DNA from: the human T2T-CHM13v2.0 reference genome, Homo sapiens
DNA: 64,000 nucleotides
Reading direction: 5' to 3' (one strand)
Assembly: GCF_009914755.1 (NCBI RefSeq)
Contig: NC_060925.1
Position 1 is the stretch's first letter; the number at the start of each line of letters is the position of its first letter. The position numbers and the translations under genes were made by a program. A model generated the notes under the pieces. The model saw nothing but the letters and a program-made list of their open reading frames with translations, was not told the DNA's origin and searched no databases. This document shows, piece by piece, positions 1 to 15,137 of this stretch.

Positions 1-84
1 CTCCAACTCCTGGGCTCAAGAGATGCTCCTGCCTCAGCCTCCCAAAATGCTGGGATTATAGGCATGAGCCACTGCACTCAGCCC
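1..84 (-). mobile_element. Alu 5' fragment (cut by the window edge)
   Basis: ctcagcctcccaaaatgctgggattataggcatgagccactgc is the reverse complement of the Alu 5' end. Confidence 0.9.
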
Positions 85-1369
85 TAACAGAGATTTCTTC
101 TTCTTTCTGTTACACGTCCTTCTACTCTTCTTTCTACAAGAACTGGCGTGGGTGGAGACCAAGAAATGCTGGGGAGGAGAGGAATGGAGAAGATCATGAG
201 AAGCAGAATGCCCCTTCACTGCTCTTCCACCCTTTGCCGGAAATGTCTAAGGCCTGTCCTGTAGGACCTCCCTCTCAGGCTCCTCTCCCCATCCCAACCT
301 CTCCAGTTCCCTCCGCCAAAGTTCCTCTGAGCCTGGTCCCCAACACCCTGGGTCATCTGAGAACCCACTTCGCATTGAATGGGCCATGACTGCCTCCCAC
401 CCACCCTGACCTCCCCACTCCACCCCCAGCTTGGGGCATTTGCACTGTGTTCCAGGCATTCTGGAAGGGGAGAAGTTTTGGAGCTGGGCTTCCTCAAACT
501 TGGCAATCACTGGAGCTCTGTCCTAAAGCTTAGGAAATCAGCTTTCCACCCAATGGTGATGCTGTCTGGATCTTGTGTGGCCTTGGTCAAGTCACACACT
601 CTCCCTTGAGCCCTGAATTCCCCATCCCGATATAGACCAGCTCTGACAGCATGGCTGCTGGGCCTGCCGAAGGGGTGGGCAGGGTGGGCAGGTCCTCTCC
701 CCCCACCCACTTTCTCCTTGGAGAACCCCAGGATCCTGCTCAGAGGAGGAAGCAGTGCTCCCCCTAGGGAAGCGGATCCCAGGGGACTCCAGAATCCTCC
801 CCCACACTCTGCGGGCAGCCAGCACTAAGTGCTGTATTAATTATTACCAGCCTCCCCTGGGAAGCAAATTCAAAGTGAGGTCACCATGGTAACCCAGACA
901 CTGCAATGTGACCAAATTTTTAAAGTGCTCAACATGTTCCAGGCAAATTACCTATCGATGGAAGAGAAAAGAATGAGGCTTCAATCCCACAGTTCAGTGG
1001 CCTTAGGAAGAAAAGCCCAGAAGCTCCCATGGGGCCTGGAACCTTTCTACAAAGGAGTGAGGCGGGGACAGGGATGGGAGATCAGAGCCCCACCTCGAGA
1101 GAGCAGAGCAGAGATGGAAATGACATCCAGGGTCCTGAATGATCTCTTATGGGTGGGCATGAGGCCTGGCCAGAGAGCCAGAGGGCCTGGGTCCTAGGAC
1201 CAGCTCTGCCACCATTTAGCTCTGCAGCCCCAGGCCAGTCCCTTGCCCTCTCTGAGCCTCCAGTAAAGCCTCACCCAGAAGTATTTCTTAAAGGACCAGA
1301 GAGATGAACCATAGTGAGTTATTAACCTCATATATGAGGGTACGGGGTGGTAAGAAGAAGGGTGAGGGG

Positions 1370-1580
1370 TTTTTGCGAATCAGGCTTCTAAGGCAGAGAC
1401 CTAGATTCAAATCCCACTTCTGCCATCCAGCAGCTGTGTGACCTTGGGTCAGAGACTTCACCCCTCTGAGTTGGCTTCCTTACCTGTAAGAGGGGGGCCA
1501 ATCACAGTCCCACCGCCTCTGGGTGGTTATGAAGTTTAAATCAGATAATCCATGAAAAGCACTCGGCACAGCACCCTGGA
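1370..1580 (+). mobile_element. MIR (representative; similar relics at about 2600, 3250, 5400, 17600, 30750, 34400, 36080, 47300, 55150, 57100)
   Basis: ttcaaatccc...tgtgtgaccttggg...ctctgag...cctgtaa core motif. Confidence 0.7.
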
Positions 1581-3422
1581 CAGAGTAGGGCCCCCTGTCA
1601 TCATCTCTGCTGCCAATTAATAAGTGTCCCACGTGCCAGGCTCTAAGCTGAGCATGATGAACATGATCCATCACCAAATCCTCGCCACATCCTTCCCATG
1701 AGGCGGGTGCCATTGTTACTCCACTTTACAGGTGTGGAAACGGAAAGTAAAGCTAGCAGGGCGAGGCAACTCACCAAAGCACACAGATACCCATGGTGGG
1801 GGCCTGGATCCTGACCCAGGACCTTCTTCCTTCAGAACTCAGGCCCCTAACCATTCACCTGAGTGAAATGAGATGTGTATTGAGTGCCCAACACAAATGC
1901 GTGGCACATTGTTGGTACTCACTAATAGTGGCCACTCACTGGCACATTCAGGGTTCACGTCATAGCCACCGTTTTGCCCCGATCCCCGTCTTCTGGCACT
2001 TGGGAACCTGGATCTGGTGGATTCAGCACTTGCATGGCTCAGGCAGTGATGAGGGAATTAAAGGCAGGGACCCACCCCTTCTTCCTGAGCAAGGGCCCCC
2101 TCTTCAGGCCACGGCCCAAAGGTGCATCACACTAGCCTTGTCGCCTCCTCTCACTGTCCCTGGGGCACTGGCTACCCTCACACTGCGGAGACACAGATAC
2201 CCAGCAGTTGTCTCTGACCTCATCCCACCCAAGCTACTCTCTGGCCTTGCGTAGCCCCCGCCCACCCTTTCCTCCTGGGTCAGCCCCACCCCTTCCACCC
2301 CACCGTAACCCCCTGGCCAGCCCAGGCAGGACTGGCTTTCCTGGGACAGAATGAGGTCAGGCCTTCTGAGTGATAGATGGTTTTAATAACCAGCCATTCT
2401 TACTACCAGCCCATTTGCTCTTCACTGTTCCAGGCCCCACGTAGGGGCTAGAGTCAGCCCAACCAGTCAGGGAGAGCATCAGAGGGGCAGGGACCACCTG
2501 CCCAGCCAGCTCAAGGTCCTCCGGGGACCCAGAGCCACTCAAAGCTGAGCCCATGGGAAATAGCCAGCCCAGTGCTAGCCCTTCTGCTTGACAGTGGGAT
2601 GACCTCAGCAAATCACTGCTCTTCTCTGAGCCTCAGTTTCTCCATCTGTAAAGTGGAGTACATGGGTCCCGCTACCTGCGGGGTCACTGCAGGGACGGAG
2701 CACGTGTGGCCTCACTGTGTAAATTTCAGTAGCATTAAGAGGCAATTCTGGTTATTGATCATCTTGGCTGCTGCTGGGTTGGGGTCCTCCAAAAGCTGAC
2801 CCGGAGACAAGGATGAGAGAGCAGGTAGTTCCCTTGGGCAGTGACCCCAAGAAGCAAGGTGGGAAGTGGGGAAATGAGGCAGGACCAGTTCAGGCTGTGC
2901 TGGCGAACTGGCTATGGCCAGGGACGCTGGGGCTCAACCCTGCTGGAGTCCACTGGGAACTGGACAGGATGTGCCTCGGATTGTCCTAATCAAGGGCTGA
3001 GAAAGCTGGGGCATTTATCCACCAATTCCCACCCACCTCTGGTTGAGGACTGCTCTGAAAGACAGCAGCTCCCCTGCCCTTCCGACATCCTCTGTAAGGA
3101 GGCTGGACCTGCCTCACGGCCAGAGAAGGTCCCCAGAGAGTCCCAGGGACTTGGAGTAGGAGGTGCCACGTGCACAGGAACAATGCTGAAGTGATTAAGG
3201 CAGCAATCCCCATACGTGATCCTACTTATCCTCGCATCAACCTTATGAGGGAGGTACTATTAGATCCACTTTGCAGATGAGGAACCTGAGGCGGAAAGAA
3301 GTGACATACACTTGCCCGAGGCCACACGGCTCAGAAGGAGCAGGATTAGACACGGCTCCTGGATCTTTGCTCTTTTCACTGCCTCCCACATAGGCAGGAT
3401 CTCTCCTCGTGTGGGTTGCAGT

Positions 3423-3620
3423 CAGCAGTGTGCTGATAAATGGTTAACGAAGGGAGGAAAAAAGCCCTGACTTGGGTGTTTGCTAATCGCCGTGGTGTAA
3501 ATACTCCCACCACGGCCAATTTTAAGCTACCAAAGCAATGTCACTGAACACAGAGCTGGGCAAAGATGCTCACAGTTGGCTCTCATGAGCCAGTATGAGC
3601 TGGCTCTAGCACCCCACTAG
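3423..3620 (-). mobile_element. MER63-like hAT DNA transposon relic
   Basis: gtggtgtaaatactcccaccacggccaattttaagctacc and terminal ggctctagcaccccactag resemble the recalled MER63 consensus. Confidence 0.65.
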
Positions 3621-3834
3621 TTGGAACATATTTGATCTCAACTCCTACCCAGCATAGCCCTCTGTGCCAATCAGGCTGAATTTCTCTCTAGGGTGCAAAC
3701 ACATCACACCTGTTCCTACTCCCACCCCTTTGCTCCTGCTATTTCTTCCCTCTGGAATACGCTTTTCCTTCTCTCCATGTATCCAAATCTTACTCGCCTC
3801 TTTAGAGCCTGCTACGGTCCCACTTCTTCCAGAC

Positions 3835-4200
3835 TGTATTAGTCAGGATGAGTACCACTAGCTGCTATAATGAACAGCCCCATAATCTCAGTGACTCAAC
3901 ATAATCTAAGTTTATTGTTCACTCATCCTGCAGTCCACTGCAAGTAGCAGGGGTGTTCTGCTCCTTGCAGCCACAGGAACCCCAATTCCTTCCCTTTGTA
4001 AATGCTACCATCATCAACACTTCACTTCCAAGCTGACCACAGAAGAGGAAGAGAGCACGGAGGATCCCACAGGAGTTTCATGGCCATGTCTGGAACTGAT
4101 GCTCATCAGTTACCTACTTTATTGGTCATCAGTTACCTACTTTATGGGCCTCTCCTAACTGCAAAGGGGCCAGGAAGTGTGGTTTAGCTGGAAATGTGAT
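3835..4200. mobile_element. MaLR (MLT1-type) LTR relic
   Basis: tgtattagtcagga...gctgctataatgaacagccc...aatctcagtgactcaac...aagtttatt is a typical MLT1 terminus. Confidence 0.55.
4103..4148. repeat. Tandem duplication, 2 x 23 bp
   Basis: tcatcagttacctactttat(t/g)gg twice. Confidence 0.88.
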
Positions 4201-4515
4201 TTTCTTGCAAGGGAGAGATGAAGTCATGAAAATAAACCAAAGCCAGCTTCAGTTTCTACTTCCCCAATGTCCATGGTCCAACCTGACATCTTTATCTTCT
4301 GGATTCTTTCAGAGACAATTTTCTTTGGTGTTTGACTCAGATTGCCTGGAATGGGTTACTGGGTTGGTCTCTTCTGCCTCCATAACCTCACAGAGGCTCA
4401 GCTGTTGAAGTGCCCCTAGAGGCAAGGTTCCTAATGCTTGCTTCAGGTGTGAATCTACCTGTGGATTCAAGGTTCCCAGGCCTGATTTTCAGGTCTGGGG
4501 AAGAGTCCAGTAATC

Positions 4516-5041
<526 letters not shown>

Positions 5042-5959
5042 TAACCAGCTCGTTAGGGAGTTCAGATGCACAGCCAACACTGGGAACCACTGATCTCGTC
5101 CAAATGTGCCATTCCGTGGATGTGGGTACTGGGACCTTGAGGGTAGGGGAAGGAATTTGCCGTAAGCCATGGAGTAAATTAAAGCTGGATCTGAAACTTA
5201 AAGCCAGGACTCCCAACTTTTAATCCTGGGTTCTGTCTACCAAAGCATGATGTGTGTCACCCTAAAGGATCTGACTGCTGACTCCAGCACAAGACACAGG
5301 TGGATGCTGAGTCAGTTGCAGGTTATCAAGATGACCTCAGAGGCCAAATATGGTGAGTTGAGTGTGAGTTCAGAGGCAGGCCCACCTGGGTTCAAACTCT
5401 GCCTCTTCCACCTACTTGCTGTGGGAGCTTGGGAAAATCTCTTAACCTCTCTTGAGCCTTTGTTTCTTCATCTGAAAAATGGGAATGATGACAGTGCCTA
5501 TCCCTTAGGATGGTTAGGAAGACAAAATATACGAGAAGCGCTCAACATGGTATCTAGTAAGTTCTCCATAGGTACTCATTGTTGGCTCTGATTATCTGCC
5601 GATTGAATGGATATTCTCAAAGATGAGGCTGATCCAGGAGAAAGCCTCGCCTAGGTAAAGTTTCAGCCACTATGCAGACAGATTTTTCTCATGAAAATCA
5701 GCTCCCAAAATGTACATGCCGATCACTTGGAAACTCGAGCCGCACAGCTTGATCTCGGTTTTTATCCAATTTGGCACATAACTAATTGTTTTAAAAATAC
5801 ACCCAAGCTGTGTTGTGCATATGCAAGCCTGGACTCACTCCTGTGCACGATGGCTGTGTGGGACCCTGCCCGCCGAGGGCCAGGCTGGTTAGAAGGGGGA
5901 CCAGGCTCTGCTGCGGTAACCAAGAGCCCCCACATCTTGGTGGCCTAGAACAACACTGA

Positions 5960-6295
5960 GACATGCTACAACATGGATGAACCTTGAAAACATGCCAAGT
6001 AGAAAGCCAGTCACAACAGGCCACGTAGAATAGAATTCTATTCATATGAAATGTTCAGAATAGGTAACTCCATAGAGACCAAAAGTGGATTAGTGGTTGC
6101 CAGAGGCTGGAGGGAGGAGGGAATGGGAGTGACCGCTGCAAAATACAGGGTTTCCTTTTGGGGTGATGGAACTGTCCTGGCATTAGCTAGTGGGGACGGT
6201 TGCACCACACTGTAGATGTATGAAAAGCCACTGAACGGTACACTTTAAAATAGTAACATTATGTCATGTAAATTATATCTCAATAATATTAAAAC
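5960..6295 (+). mobile_element. Old L1M (L1MB-like) 3' end
   Basis: atggatgaaccttgaaaacatg...agaaagccagtcac...gattagtggttgccagaggctgg...gtaaattatatctcaataa. Confidence 0.8.
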
Positions 6296-7609
6296 CACAG
6301 AAAAGAAATAATAAATAAATGATGGGGAATATTCCCTTCCCCGCTACAGAGTTATTCGCCCCCACCCAAGCACTGCCAGCCGCCCACTAGAGTTTTTGTG
6401 TTGTCACTTCTTGTGGACTGGTCTGTCTCCCCGGCCTTGGAACCCTTTGAGGGCAGGGCGAAGCCGGGCTACCTCTGCTCCTCTCTGCAGCCCCAGGCCC
6501 TGGCGGGCAGGCAGCATCAGGTGTCCAGCCCGTGCGCTCTTGCCGTCACTCCCAAAGCTGTGCCCGTGCCCTCCGTGTGCAGCTTGGGCTTGGAGCCTAC
6601 AGGGAACTGGTCTCACATCCGTTCCATGACAGGGGTGTCCTCCCCTCTCGGGTCTCCCCAGGCCCATCTACTGCTGCCCCCAAGACCCCATGAGATGCCC
6701 GGCGGGGAAGCCCTTGGCCGCCAAGCATCCACCCCCTTCCATTCAGTGATGAGGAAAGCCAGGGCCAGAGAGAGAGATGGCCAGTGTCACACAGCAAGAG
6801 TAGACCAAGAGCCCAGCCACCCAGTGCCCTCCTTGCTGCTGGCACGCCAGAGGACAGGCCCACAGGGCTGGGCAAGCACCAGGGGACCCCTGCACCAGGC
6901 AGATGGCCCGCCTGGTGTATGAGGATGTGGAAGGACAGAGGGCTGGTTGGATCGGGAAGCTGAAATCACGAGGGGAAGGTCCCAGTGCCGTCCTTATTAC
7001 ACGCCATGTTTTGATCATGGAGACAGCCGTTACCACAAAACCGCAGCCATGCCAAATTCATGGGCTTCCCTTTGCAAACACCCCTCCTCCCGCTCCAGGC
7101 TCACAGAACTGGGGTTCCCGTGTCAGGGATGGGGCTGGACCCTGAGATGAACCAGCCCTCTGGGAGCCATTGCGGCAGCCAGGACCGCAGCTCCCTGAGG
7201 CCCAACCTTTCCCCTCTTCCAAGGGCTCTGTGTTCGTGCATTTATTGGGCACCCATTGTGTGCCAGCTCCTATACCACAGGCTGAGGTTAAGGGGACAGC
7301 AAAACTGGCACAGGCCTTTCCTTCATGGAGCGCACAGTTGAGGGGGAGACAGGCATCCAACAATCCCACAATCAAGCTTTCCATCGCCACCGCCCAGACT
7401 GGTCATTGTGGACACACAGGGAACCATGTGTGGGAGCCCTGCCCTGGCCTGGGGGCACAGAGAAGTTTCTCTGATGAAGTGGGGCCTGAAGCGGGGGTTG
7501 GGGGGTAGCGGATGGAGGGCAGCCCCTCCCTCTGCTCTCCCAGCCTGCTGCCTCCCTCCGTGGAGTAGCTCCTGGGCATGGACCAGATGGGGAGTCTGTG
7601 GGTTTTGTC

Positions 7610-8905
7610 TATAGTATGTGCATGTGTGTGTTGTGTTGTGTGTTGTGTGTGGTGTATTGTATGTGTGTGTGTTGTGTTGAGAATATGCGTTTGTGTGTAT
7701 GTATGTGTTGTGCCTGTATATATGTGTTGTGTGTGTTGTATGTTGTGTTTAGTGTGTGCATGTGTTGTGTGTTTGTGTGCTTTGTGTATGTTTATGTTGT
7801 GTGTATGTGTTGTGTGTGTATTGTACGTTGTGTGTATAGTGCCTGTGTGTGTGGTGTGTATGTGTCGTGTGTGTGTGTTGCATGCATGTTTGTATTGTGT
7901 GTATGAGGGTTGTGTGCTGTGTGTTGTGTATATATTGTATGTGTTATGTGTATGTATGTCGTATGAGTGTATTCTGTATATGTGTTTTGTGTGGTCTATT
8001 ATGTATGTGGCATGTGTTGTGTATGTGTGTTGTGTGTGATGTGTTGTATGTGTGTTGTGCATATATGTTGTTTCTGTGTATGTATGTTATGTGTATGTGT
8101 ATGTTGTGTTGTATGTATGGGTTGTGCCTATGTGCTGTGTTGTGTGCTGCATGCATGTTTGTGTGGTGTGTGTATTTAGGTTGTGTGCTATTTATGTGTC
8201 TATATTGTATGTGTTGTATGTGTGTTGTATGTATGTGTAGTGTATGTGTGTTGTGTGTGATGTGTATATGTGGTGTGTGTATGTCTGTTATGTGTATGTA
8301 TGAGTGTATGTGTGTTGTGTGTGTTGTGTATATGTGTTGTGTGTGTTGTGTATGTGTGTTGTGAGTTGTGTATATGTGGTGTGAGTTGTGTTGTGTCATG
8401 TATGTGTGCATTGTGTATAGGTGTTGCATGTGTGTTGTGTTGTGTGTATGTGTTGTGTTGTGTATATGTGGTATGTGAATGTGTATGTTGTATGTTGTGT
8501 TGTATGTATATGTGTTATGTATATGTGATGTGTGTGTTGTGTATATGCTGGGTGTGTGTGTACATGTGTGTATGTGTGTTGTATGTATGTGTGTATGCAT
8601 GTGTGTTGCGTATATGTGGTATGTGTGCATGTGTGTTGTCATGTGTATGTGTGTTGTGTATATGTGTGTGTTGTGTATATGTGTTGTGTGTATGTGTATC
8701 ATGTTGTGTGTATGTGTTATGTTGTGTATATGTGGTGTGTGAATGTGTGTTGTGTGTATGTGTATGTTGTCTGTTTTGTGTGTGTATACGTGGTGTGTGT
8801 GTGTTGTGTTGTGTATATGTGTTGTGTGTGTTGCGTGTATGTGTTGTGTGTTGTGTGTATTGTGGGTCATGTGTATACTGTGTGTGCTGTGGTGCGCTGT
8901 GTGTT
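7610..8905. repeat. Degenerate (TG/TGT/TATG)n low-complexity repeat, about 1.3 kb
   Basis: Almost entirely T and G with scattered A; recurrent units tgtgt, tgtatg, gttgt. Confidence 0.95.
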
Positions 8906-10538
8906 ACGCAGTGCAAGGGGACAGCAGAGACAGCTCCCCTCCTCTCCCTTCCCAGCAGGGGAAGTGGCTTGGCGGTCAGGGAGGGGCTGTGGAGAGCCGG
9001 CCCCCCTGCTGGCACACCTCACCCACTGGAGCAGAAGAAGGAAGGGGTGCCCAGTCCTGTCTGCAGTGGGATGGGGGCGCTGCCCATGCTCCTGCCACAG
9101 GACTCCTACCCTGGCTCCACCATGGGCCTCAGCAGGGGGGTCCCTTTCTTCATTTGTAGATGGAGGCGCCTACGGCATCTGCCCCAGGGAATAACTGAGA
9201 AGAGGGGCGTGCTCACGGCACGCTGCACTGCAGGTGCGGGGCATTCTTCTGAAAACACCGCCTTGGTTAGTTTTTCCTCTTCAGAATCCCTTGGTGCCCC
9301 CTGATGGAGTCAGTCCTATTTTTTCTCACTGGTGTGGGAGACCCTGGGGGCTTGGTCCCTCTGCTCTGTCTAGGGACCCTCAACACCCCCTCTGCCCACC
9401 CCCACACACCTGGCTCATTCCACTGCCCTCCCTCCCCGCCCAGCCGCACCAAGCCCACCCTCGAGCCCCCAGCGCCCTCCCACCCGCTCAGGGTCCTCCT
9501 GTTCCTTCCCTTAGCGATGCCATCTCCAGGGGCCTGCGCCATCCTGTAGCCCCAACTAGACCCAGAGGGCAGGGCCCGGGCCTCCTCCAGCCTCCCGTTC
9601 CTGCAGTGCCTCGTGGAGGCTGCACCCGTGATCAGGTTGGATCCCGGGACTGCAGGGTTCAGACGATCTCATGTGAAGCGCCTCTGAACACCTCTGTCAC
9701 GAGAGCCGCTGCTCACTTGAGACGGGGGGACAAGGCTGAGGCTGGGGGAGTGCTCAGGTCCCAGCCATTCCCAGAGCCAGCGGTCTCCCCTCCCCAGCCG
9801 CAAAAGGTAGTTCTTCCAGCCACTGTCTGCGACTCCCCTGGGAACATTTTTCACAAGGAGGAGACACATTCATGAGGCATGTGGGCACAGCCTCCACAAC
9901 AAGGGACAAAGTGATTCCATCCCTGGTGAGAGGGGAGAGCCTCTGCGGGGCTGCGGGGCTGCGGGTCTTTATCTTTCTGCCTTCTTCACCTCCTCTTTGA
10001 ACAGAGACTGGCTCTGGGTTCACAGTCCTGGGGGCACCAGAATCCAGCCAGAAAGAACAACACCCGCATCTGTTTATGGCAACTGAGCTGTTTTCTATTT
10101 GCATAGTTTCCTTTGAAAATAATTATTTAAGTAAAGAGGAGTGGGTTTTCCAAAACACACTATATAGCTATCAGTGCAGGCAAAGATGAAAGTGATTTTG
10201 GATGTTAGCGGTTTGGGAAACACAGCCTAAAGGGTTTCTGGGATCTGGGAGGTGAGACAGTAGTCCTGGTATTCTCCGGGTGTTGACAATGGTAACTGAC
10301 TCACAGGTGGCCTTGTATCTCAAAGCATCAGGGGGTCAGCCTCCACGTCTCCAAAGCAACTGGAGGGAAGGGTGCTGGGGGCCAAGAAGGCCACTCCTGA
10401 GTGAGGGCCGGGCCTTGCTCGGGCTGTCCCCCTGGACCCTGTGTCCTCCCCAGAGTGTGAGTACAGCCTGCAGAGCCCGGGTCTGCCGTGGCCTTCTCTG
10501 TTCCCGACCCCCTTCCCCACAACTTTTCCTATAAACCT

Positions 10539-10630
10539 CTCAATCACAAGCAAGGGGGCCGATTACCCAGCCCTCCCTTCACTCCTCGATCACAAGCAAG
10601 GGGGCTGATTATCCGGCCCTCCCTTCGCTC
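10539..10630. repeat. Tandem duplication, 2 x 46 bp
   Basis: ctc(a/g)atcacaagcaagggggc(c/t)gatta(c/t)cc(a/g)gccctcccttc(a/g)ctc twice. Confidence 0.9.
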
Positions 10631-10999
10631 CCCTCCCAAGGGCGGCAGGTCACCCTCCTTCTAGGCGAGGCTGACTTCTTGGCACAGCGCCTCCCCTGGC
10701 ACCCACTCCCTGGACTGTCTCCTGCCCTGGGTTCCTCTTGCAGAGTCAGCCTCCTCCGTGGTTCCCAGCTGCTGAAAGAAGCTGCCCTCTGTGAGTCTGA
10801 GGTGGTTTTCTGGCACTTTCCTTTAAAACACTGCCACCACCTCCTATAGCTGTTGGGAATCCATAGAACAGACCAGGGTGAAGGTGAGGCCAGCGAGGTG
10901 CCTTGTGTGCAAGGTTTACGGAGGCACTCTCATCCTCAGCAAGCCCTGAATGTGAGTCTTGACTTTCGTATCCCAGGCCTCACACTAGTCCCAGCCCTA

Positions 11000-11333
<334 letters not shown>

Positions 11334-11534
11334 GAAGGGTTTTCTGGGGGTCATTGATGCTTAGACCCATTCTCATAGCAGTTACGGCCTTGGGAAAATA
11401 CATCTGAGGGAGGCTGATTGGCAAGACTGCTGCCTAAACACAGCTGTGTGGGTTGTGCACTGCACAAGGGCATAAAGTGAATGGGTAGGGTGGCTGAAAG
11501 ACAGCCTGTCTCCATGCTGTATGTCTCAGCATAG

Positions 11535-11866
<332 letters not shown>

Positions 11867-12584
11867 TGAAGCTGGAAGCATATGGGGAAACCAGCAAGGG
11901 AAGCTTTCCAACATGGAGAGATTAACTCAAGAAGTTGCAGCCAAAGACAATCGATGGAAGTGACCTAAGGAATCCCAGGAAGGAGGGAAGCCCGGAGGTC
12001 CAGGCTGAGCGCCTTGCAGCCTGCTGGGCAGTTGTCATTCACACCCACAGTCCTGGGGCTGGCAGGAAGCAGAAAGGCTGAATCACTCAGGTCTGGAAAA
12101 GAATGCTGGAACCACCAAGTTCTGACGTGAGATATCGGAACCAAAATGGGCGAAACAGACAAGGGAAGGGACTGAAGCCCAGACTGCTGGGGAGTGGAAA
12201 GACGAGGGACCAAAGTCAGGCTGGAGAGCATTCATCATGCCACACTCCCAGGATGTTTACTGAGCACCTACTGTGTACTGGACTCCTCCGTGCCCTGGGG
12301 CTATGCACTGAACCCAGCATTCATAACCCCATCCTCTAAGGGTCCACATTCTAGTGGCAGGAGCAGACCATAAACAACAACCTTAAAAAATAAATCAATT
12401 ATATAGACTGTCAGGATGCAATACACGCTATTTAAAACAAAACAACCACAGGATAAGAGGGATCAGGAGTGACCAGATGAAGCCAGCTGCATAATTTATA
12501 AAGCCCAATCCCAAATGAAAATGTGTGTGAGCCTGTTGTTCAAAAAGCAGACAAAAGGGGTCATTAAAGGTACATGTGGGCAGG

Positions 12585-12723
12585 TAAAGGTGCAGTGGTT
12601 CACGCCTGTAATCCTTGCACTTTGGGAGGCCGAAGCAGGAGGATCACTTGAGCCCAGGAACTTGAGACCAGCCTGGGCAACAAAGCAAGATCCTGTCTCT
12701 ATTTGGAAAAAAAAAAAAAAAAG
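12585..12723 (+). mobile_element. Alu left monomer (FLAM-like)
   Basis: ggtgcagtggttcacgcctgtaatcc...gagaccagcctgggcaac...poly(A). Confidence 0.85.
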
Positions 12724-12727
12724 AAAA

Positions 12728-13115
12728 CAGGCACGGTGGCTCACGCCTGTAATCCCAGCACTTTGGGAGGCCGAGGCAGGTGGATCACTTGAGGTCAGGA
12801 GTTTAAGACAAGCCTGGCCAACATAGTGAAACCTAGTCTCTACTACAAATACAAAAATTAGCCAGGTGTAGTGGCATGTGCCTGTAGTCCCAGCTACTTG
12901 GGAGGCTGAGACTGGACAAAAATTAGCAAGGTGTGGTGGTACGCACCTGTAGTCCCAGCTACTTGGGAGGCTAAGGCTGGAGAATCACTTTAACTGGGGA
13001 GGTGGAGGTGAGCTGAGATCATACCACTGCACCCAGCCTGGGCAACAGAGCAAGACCCTGTCTCAAAAAAAAAAAAACAAAAAAACTAAACAAAAAAACA
13101 AAAGAAAAGAAAAAA
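12728..13115 (+). mobile_element. Alu with internal duplication of about 60 bp
   Basis: Dimeric Alu in which aaaattagc...cccagctacttgggaggct occurs twice. Confidence 0.88.
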
Positions 13116-14093
13116 GAAGGTACACGGATAATTTTTTTTCTTTCTTCTGAGGTTTTTCTCTTGTCACTGTGTTTTTTTTATTGGCTATTTATGTGGTTCT
13201 AAGTAAGGAAAAATTAAAAATTTAAATTATTAGCATGAATTTTACCATTCATCTTTGTATTATGCAATGTCAGTTTACAATGCAAATATCAGAGCCTTTA
13301 ACTTGTGTGTGGAATCACAGAAATTACTCAATTTTTCTTTCATGGCTCATCCCTGAGGGTGCCTCAAGCCAGCCAGAAGAGACAGACATAAGTCAGATGC
13401 AGGAAGATTGGAAGGAGGAAGAGGCCATCCCCTCAGCACAGGTGAGAAAGTGCTTCTGGGCACAGGAAGACTCATAAAGACCCTCATAGGTGCCCAGGGG
13501 CGCCACCCCACAGTGGAGGACACGCCCACTCTCTGGAGCCTGACAGTGGTCAAATTGTCCACGTGAACCCTACTGTGAGCACTCAACTCTCCCAGGCTCC
13601 CCTCTAGACAGACACTGGACTGATGCAAGGTACGCCGGGTGTGAGTAGGGTGTGTTGAAGCCAAGCCGGGCCTCTCCTTCCCACGGGTCCACTTCCCCAA
13701 CCCTTGGCAGATGGGCCACCCCCAAGGGTCTTTAAACCTCCATGCCAGGATGTGCTGAGTCCCTGGATCGGTGTCTTTCCCCCGCTGAGATGTGGCCTCT
13801 AGCCAGCTACCCACCAGATGTGCCATGGTGCTGCCAGCCCAGGGTGGGGAGAGCTGCTGCCATGCCCTGCCCCAGATGACGAAGGGTGTGTGCACCTGAT
13901 TCCAAACCATCCCCCCTCCCCCATGCCTGGGCCCAGGGTCCTGCCTGGCACAGGAGACAGCACAGCTGCAGAGTGGAGCTAGGCATAGGAGGCGAACAGG
14001 TGCTAACAGAAGGGGAGCAGCAGCGGAGCTGGCACACACTTAAGCTGAGGCTCTAAAGACTCTAGGCATGCTCCACTGTCCCATCAGACTTCA

Positions 14094-14615
<522 letters not shown>

Positions 14616-14961
14616 CTATTGCAAGTTGGGCCCTGTGGCCTGCATGGCTAGCACCCTCTTGCCCAGGCCCCCAAGAACCACTGATGGATGGATCTGCCAG
14701 GCCCCTTAACCAGCCTCTGTTCTTCCTTCTGCGGGAGGAGACAGATGAACAATTTCACAGCTTTTATCTCAGAAAACAACGGGGCTGGAGGCCTAGGGGA
14801 GCGAGATGAGCGAAGGCCTCTGTGTGGGGCATGACTGACCCTATGGCCCTTCCCTGGGTGGCCCTCAATGTGCTGGCTGGGCAGAGGGCATGGGAGGCAG
14901 CCGGTCCCTCAACCAGGACCCAAGCCTGCTCTGGTTCGTCTTATGCTCGGCATAGCCACAC

Positions 14962-15137
14962 CCGGAGGGGTGCGGGAGCCAGGTGGCTCAAATGAGCATG
15001 TTGTTCAATATTTAGCAGTTTTGCAAGATGGTTATTAAACTTCTGGTAACTTGAAATTGGCCGTGGTGGGTGTATTTGCATCATGGAAATTGGCAAACAG
15101 TACAAATCAGAAATTGGGTTAATCAGCACGCCACCGA
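14962..15137 (+). mobile_element. MER63-like hAT relic (second copy, opposite orientation to 3423-3620)
   Basis: ggtaacttgaaattggccgtggtgggtgtatttgcatcatggaaattggcaaac is the near reverse complement of the 3480-3530 segment. Confidence 0.65.

Noticed and set aside
7403-9304. Long ORFs (219-344 aa) rich in His/Thr or Cys/Val
   Set aside because: By-products of the TG repeat, which rarely produces stops; no promoter, splice or domain evidence.
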